A DNA stretch of 34,426 nt from Barthelona sp. PAP020. Its lineage: Eukaryota. The stretch is from positions 1 through 34,426 of the forward strand of contig JARQWU010000094.1 of NCBI GenBank assembly GCA_040182905.1, written 5' to 3'. Below the pieces are notes generated by a model. That model was not told where the DNA came from. It did not search any database and saw only the letters and a program-made list of their open reading frames with translations. Position numbers and translations under genes: made by a program. Shown piece after piece: positions 30,116 through 34,426 of this stretch. Position 1 is the stretch's first letter. Every line of letters begins with the position of its first letter.

Positions 30116-32917
30116 ATGGGTTCATCTGCCATTCCTTTTTTGTATGAGGATGATGAAAGTCTCCAAGAATATTCATTGAATAGTATTTTACAAACAATTG
30201 ATGTTGATTGGTTGTTTTTAACTGATCATGTAGAAACTATTATTAAAATAGCAGAAACAAACAATGAAAGCTTAAAATTATTATGTTTTGATGTTTTAAG
30301 CAGATTTTACTTCTATATTGAAGATTTTTTAACAAGTGTTCGTTTTGCTTTGTTTAGATTGGATATATTTGATTTTAATGATACTTCATTGTATACAAGA
30401 ACTACTATATCAAATTGTATTGGGTACTACATTGATTTTTGCAACAACAGAATTGAAGAAATTCATCCCAATCTGGAGAAATTTGTTGACATCATTATGG
30501 AAAATACTCAACATACAGGAGATTATCGTTCTTCATTGGGCATAGCAATTGAAGCACAAAATATTTCTCTATTAAAGTTGATATTATCTTCTGTCAAGAA
30601 TAATCAAGAAAAGAAGGATTTGCTAAGATATTTAATTACTGTTTCACTTCAAACTGTTAAATCGATTCAATTAAGACATGAGATTTTGGACTTAGTGGTT
30701 GAATTATTTGCTGAAGATATTGAAGGTATGACTGGTGTTGATGCATGTTCTATCGCTTCTGTTTTACAGGCTTTAAATGATTCTCGAAGACTTTCTAAAC
30801 ATCTTGAATTTTTGACAACTAATGATTATCTTGCAGCTCTTCAAATTGTGTTTAATGTTGCAGAAACTGCTTCTCAAATATTTAGAGCAGAATTAAGAGA
30901 GCTTTTAGAAAATTCCAATGAAATTGCTAGAGATAAGATTGAAATTTTTTGTGAAATTCTTACTGGAGAACGAATTTCAGAATTGGAATTGAGAGTAAGA
31001 CATAGAGGTTCTTCTTCTGATTTAGAGATCATGAAAGCTATTCAGATTAGAATTAAATCAAAACAAACCCTTGCCATTACAGCCACTTGCTTAGCAAACG
31101 CTTTAATGTTCGCTGGTACCACTATAGACACATTTGTTCGTTCAAACCAACCATTTGTAACCTTACCCAAGCATTGGAGTCATTTTTCTTTAATAGCTTC
31201 AATCGGAGTCATTCATCAAGGTCAATTGATGAAAGGTAAACGTGTTTTAAATAAGTTTCTTCCTAATGAAGATGCAAAGATTACAGATCCATTTAGCGCT
31301 GGTGGTGCTATTTTTGGTTTTGGACTTATTTATGCTAACAATGGTTTAGATCATGTGCCTTATCTTGCTAGAGTACTTGAAAATCATATTGATGATGAAA
31401 AAGCAGATCCATTATTACATGGGTTGGGATTAACTTTTGGTCTCTGTTCAATGGGTACTGGTTCAAGCGAAGTAAAGGAATTGTTGGAAGGGCTTATTCG
31501 TCGTGATAATTGTGTGTACAGTCAAGCTGCTGCTGTTGGTTTGGGTCTTTTGTTTGAAGGTTGGGGTGATAACGCACCTGCAGACATTTTGGAATTGTTA
31601 GAGAGCATTTTGAAGACTACTAGACACGATAAAGTTGCTCATGGTGTTGGTATTGCATTGGCATGTATTTATTTAGCATCTGAACAAACCGCCCTTCCTT
31701 TAATTGAGCGTTTAATTGATTCAGAATCAAGTAGTGTTCGTTATGCTGCTGTCCTTATTCTTCAAACAGCCTTTGTTGGCACTGGTAATGGCGATATTGT
31801 TAAAAAGTTACTTCATATTGGTGTCAGTGATGTTAATGATGATGTACGTCGTACAGCTGTTATTGGTATAGCTTTTGTTTTCTGCAGACAACCAGAGCGT
31901 GTTGTTGAAATGTTAAAATTGCTTTCTAGATCTTATAATCCTCATGTTCGTTTTGGTGTGGCATTAGCAATTGGTTTATCCAATGCTGGAACTGGAGACG
32001 AACTTTCTGTTCAAATATTAAGAACTCTTGGTAAAGACATGAACAACTTTGTTCGTCAAGCAGCATTTATTGCCCAAGGCTTAGTTTTGCAACAGATATC
32101 ACCAAACGTTAATAAGACAGCTAAGCATTTTAGAACTGATATGTTATCTCTTTTGAAGGAACAAATGGAAAAACTTGCTCAATTTGGTGCTATTTTAGGT
32201 CTTGGTTTAGTTGATGCTGGCGGTAGAAATGCCATTTTCTCAATGACTATTCCTGTAGCTGGGGCCAAACAAATCGTACATCGCAATGTTATTGGTGGAT
32301 TGTTGTTTTCTCAATTCTGGCATTGGCACCCTTTTATACATTTTATTTCCCTTTCCTTAACAACCAATTCAGTAATTGGTCTTGATAAAACTTTACAAAT
32401 GCCTTTATATACTATTTTATGCAATCAAAAGGAATCAATGTTTGCTAATCCCCCCAAATATCAGCCTCCAAAAGAAATCAGGAAGAAAGCAACTGTTAAT
32501 CTTAAAGTCAAAAAATATCTCAAAGAATCAAGAAAATCTGCCGATGCAAAACGCGAAGCTGCAACAAAAGTCGAAGAAATTCCCGTTAAAGTCGAAGAAG
32601 AACCAATTGATGAGCCAAATGAATTTACCATGGAATCCCCTTGTAGAGTTACCATTCAACAACGACCTTATGTGGATTTGGAATGGGATGATAATTGGTC
32701 ACCTGTTGACCCAACCAAAAAAGTTGGTATCGTTATTTTACGAAGAAATGGTGATGAAGAAGGTATCAAATATGTCATTCCTCAAAAAGGTAAAGTTTCA
32801 CCAACAAAGATGGAAAAATTGAATGACAAGGAATCTCCAAAGATTGAAGAAGAAGAAGAAGAAGCTGACAGAACCACTATTGACGATTTCCCAATTGAAG
32901 ATCAAATGCAGGCATAA
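30116..32917 (+). CDS. RPN2: 26S proteasome regulatory subunit Rpn2/PSMD1
   Basis: PC repeats, LLHIGVSDVNDDVRRTAV, LSRSYNPHVRFG, FVRQAA, DAGGRN and QFWHWHP. Confidence 0.96.
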   Translation: MGSSAIPFLYEDDESLQEYSLNSILQTIDVDWLFLTDHVETIIKIAETNNESLKLLCFDVLSRFYFYIEDFLTSVRFALFRLDIFDFNDTSLYTRTTISNCIGYYIDFCNNRIEEIHPNLEKFVDIIMENTQHTGDYRSSLGIAIEAQNISLLKLILSSVKNNQEKKDLLRYLITVSLQTVKSIQLRHEILDLVVELFAEDIEGMTGVDACSIASVLQALNDSRRLSKHLEFLTTNDYLAALQIVFNVAETASQIFRAELRELLENSNEIARDKIEIFCEILTGERISELELRVRHRGSSSDLEIMKAIQIRIKSKQTLAITATCLANALMFAGTTIDTFVRSNQPFVTLPKHWSHFSLIASIGVIHQGQLMKGKRVLNKFLPNEDAKITDPFSAGGAIFGFGLIYANNGLDHVPYLARVLENHIDDEKADPLLHGLGLTFGLCSMGTGSSEVKELLEGLIRRDNCVYSQAAAVGLGLLFEGWGDNAPADILELLESILKTTRHDKVAHGVGIALACIYLASEQTALPLIERLIDSESSSVRYAAVLILQTAFVGTGNGDIVKKLLHIGVSDVNDDVRRTAVIGIAFVFCRQPERVVEMLKLLSRSYNPHVRFGVALAIGLSNAGTGDELSVQILRTLGKDMNNFVRQAAFIAQGLVLQQISPNVNKTAKHFRTDMLSLLKEQMEKLAQFGAILGLGLVDAGGRNAIFSMTIPVAGAKQIVHRNVIGGLLFSQFWHWHPFIHFISLSLTTNSVIGLDKTLQMPLYTILCNQKESMFANPPKYQPPKEIRKKATVNLKVKKYLKESRKSADAKREAATKVEEIPVKVEEEPIDEPNEFTMESPCRVTIQQRPYVDLEWDDNWSPVDPTKKVGIVILRRNGDEEGIKYVIPQKGKVSPTKMEKLNDKESPKIEEEEEEADRTTIDDFPIEDQMQA

Positions 32918-33139
32918 TCAAACAAATATTTCTAAACATAAATTTGTGTATTTTTTTCTTTATTTTTGTTTAAATGAAAGGAAACATTCATTTGTCTCAG
33001 ATAATTTTTTTTAAAAAAGAGATATCAATTCAAAAAGAGAATGGTGTTTAAAGTGTGAGATAAAAAAAGAGAAATAAAGTGAAGGAAATTGATTTTTTCA
33101 TTAATTTGAAGCACTTTGTTCATTCAAATTCTTTATTAA

Positions 33140-34348
33140 ATGGGTTTACTAAGAGGAATTTCAAAAGAACAATACGTAACGGTGGAAGGTGAAGAATGGT
33201 TAAAAGGAGATAATTACAAATACAGTTGTATTGATGCTTCTTTAGTTTCCAAGTATATATTGACACCTTTTTGGAATTTTAGCGTTAAATTATTCCCCAA
33301 AACAGTTGCTCCTAATATGATTACCTTTATAGGTTTGTTATGTGCCTTATTATTTTTTGTCTTTTGTTTTATTGAAGATATATCTTTACAAACAAAGCCT
33401 TCATCTGTTTTTTGTATTGTTGGAGGAATCGCCGTGTTTATTTATCAGACTTTGGATAATTGTGATGGAAAACAAGCAAGAAGAACAAAGACAGCCTCAC
33501 CCTTGGGTCAAGTATTTGATCATGGTTGTGATGCGTTATCGGGTGCATATATTATGATTGGTTTAGGTGTTGCTATTGGATTAAATTCATTTCAATTGGC
33601 TGTATTCGGTGTTGTACTTATGATTGCTTTTGCTGTCTGCAATTGGGAAGAATATTACACCCATTCATTGTATTTAGCTGTTATTAATGGTCCAACTGAA
33701 GGTTTAATTTTTGCTTCTGTTGTCATTATTGTAGCTGGATTTTTTGATTCATTTTCTCCACTCTTTATCAACTTTGTCTATTATGGTTTTATTATCTCTG
33801 CCTTTTTTACGATTATATTAGCCATGTTCAATGTAATGAAGAAAGTAAATGAATCTCGCATTAAGACTTTCATTTCTATTTTTACTGTTCTTTGGACACC
33901 TATCAATATGATATTAATGTTGATTGGATTATATGGTTATCTTCCTATTTCGTTACAAGTTACATTTGAAGAGAATCTTGGAAAGTGGCTTTTAGCATTT
34001 ACACCTGCATTTGCTATTACAGTTTCAGATGTAATTGTTTGTCGTGTTTGTAATCAAGGATTTCCATTTGCAAATTTTGTTGTTTTTTTTAATTCTTTAT
34101 TTGTAATTGTTCAATTTTGTATTTGCTACACAACTGGTTTGGATATTATTCGAGTTTCTATTCATTTACTTGCTACATTTAATTATATTATGTATATACA
34201 TTTTGCAGTACGTGTGATTCAAAGTTTTACAAGATGTTTAAATATTAATGTGTTATTTATGACAGAAGATCAAAAAAAGGTAGCATTAGGACAAACAGTT
34301 GCTGAAAAAAGTGAGCCTGTCAAGGTTACAGAAAAGTTCAGCAAATAA
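33140..34348 (+). CDS. Choline/ethanolamine phosphotransferase (CDP-alcohol phosphotransferase, CEPT1/EPT1 family)
   Basis: YKYS..D.S, APNMIT, YQTLDNCDGKQARRT..ASPLGQVFDHGCD, WEEYYT..L, NGPTEG; multiple TM segments. Confidence 0.95.
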   Translation: MGLLRGISKEQYVTVEGEEWLKGDNYKYSCIDASLVSKYILTPFWNFSVKLFPKTVAPNMITFIGLLCALLFFVFCFIEDISLQTKPSSVFCIVGGIAVFIYQTLDNCDGKQARRTKTASPLGQVFDHGCDALSGAYIMIGLGVAIGLNSFQLAVFGVVLMIAFAVCNWEEYYTHSLYLAVINGPTEGLIFASVVIIVAGFFDSFSPLFINFVYYGFIISAFFTIILAMFNVMKKVNESRIKTFISIFTVLWTPINMILMLIGLYGYLPISLQVTFEENLGKWLLAFTPAFAITVSDVIVCRVCNQGFPFANFVVFFNSLFVIVQFCICYTTGLDIIRVSIHLLATFNYIMYIHFAVRVIQSFTRCLNINVLFMTEDQKKVALGQTVAEKSEPVKVTEKFSK

Positions 34349-34361
34349 TTTAATTAGAAAC

Positions 34362-34426
34362 AAAAAAAAAAAAAAAAAAAAAAAATTTTTTTTTTTAAAA
34401 TCAAAAAAAAAGGTTTTTTTTTTTTT
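34362..34426. repeat. Low-complexity poly(A)/poly(T) tracts at the window end
   Basis: An A run of about 24 nt followed by T and A runs. Confidence 0.8.

Noticed and set aside
34349..34426. Poly(A) shortly after the CEPT stop as a retrocopy tail or telomere
   Set aside because: A/T runs are common in intergenic DNA here and this one lies at the window end, where homopolymer artefacts are likely. No target-site duplication or telomeric repeat is visible.

Overview
This is a gene-dense, very AT-rich eukaryotic window, most consistent with an anaerobic flagellated protist. The metamonad-like assignment is an inference from an untargeted pyruvate:ferredoxin oxidoreductase (PFO), flagellar/basal-body genes and short introns with a fused branch-point/3' splice site. 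I count about 20 protein genes: a partial WD40 protein, PPT1-like thioesterase, ER DnaJ, RNase H2C, CEP44-like, SCAMP-like, RPS4, a multi-PAS pseudo histidine kinase/receiver, a minimal COMM-domain protein, RTF1, PUS7, dynein LC4-like, PFO, FAB1/PIKfyve, RPS14 (missed by the ORF track), PA2G4/EBP1, RPN2, CEPT/EPT1 and two hypotheticals. Five spliceosomal introns (34-97 nt) were reconstructed by hand. The standard code applies, since TAA, TAG and TGA all end genes. The most notable observations are: (1) an otherwise intact PFO with a single in-frame TAA inside domain II; (2) two diverged ~410-bp tandem non-coding units that keep the same hairpins; (3) a multi-PAS hybrid-kinase-like protein lacking recognisable kinase and phospho-acceptor motifs; (4) a near-fixed-distance WCTRAY..TAG intron 3' end, with introns directly after the ATG in both ribosomal protein genes. 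All family calls come from motif recognition by eye, without database searches.
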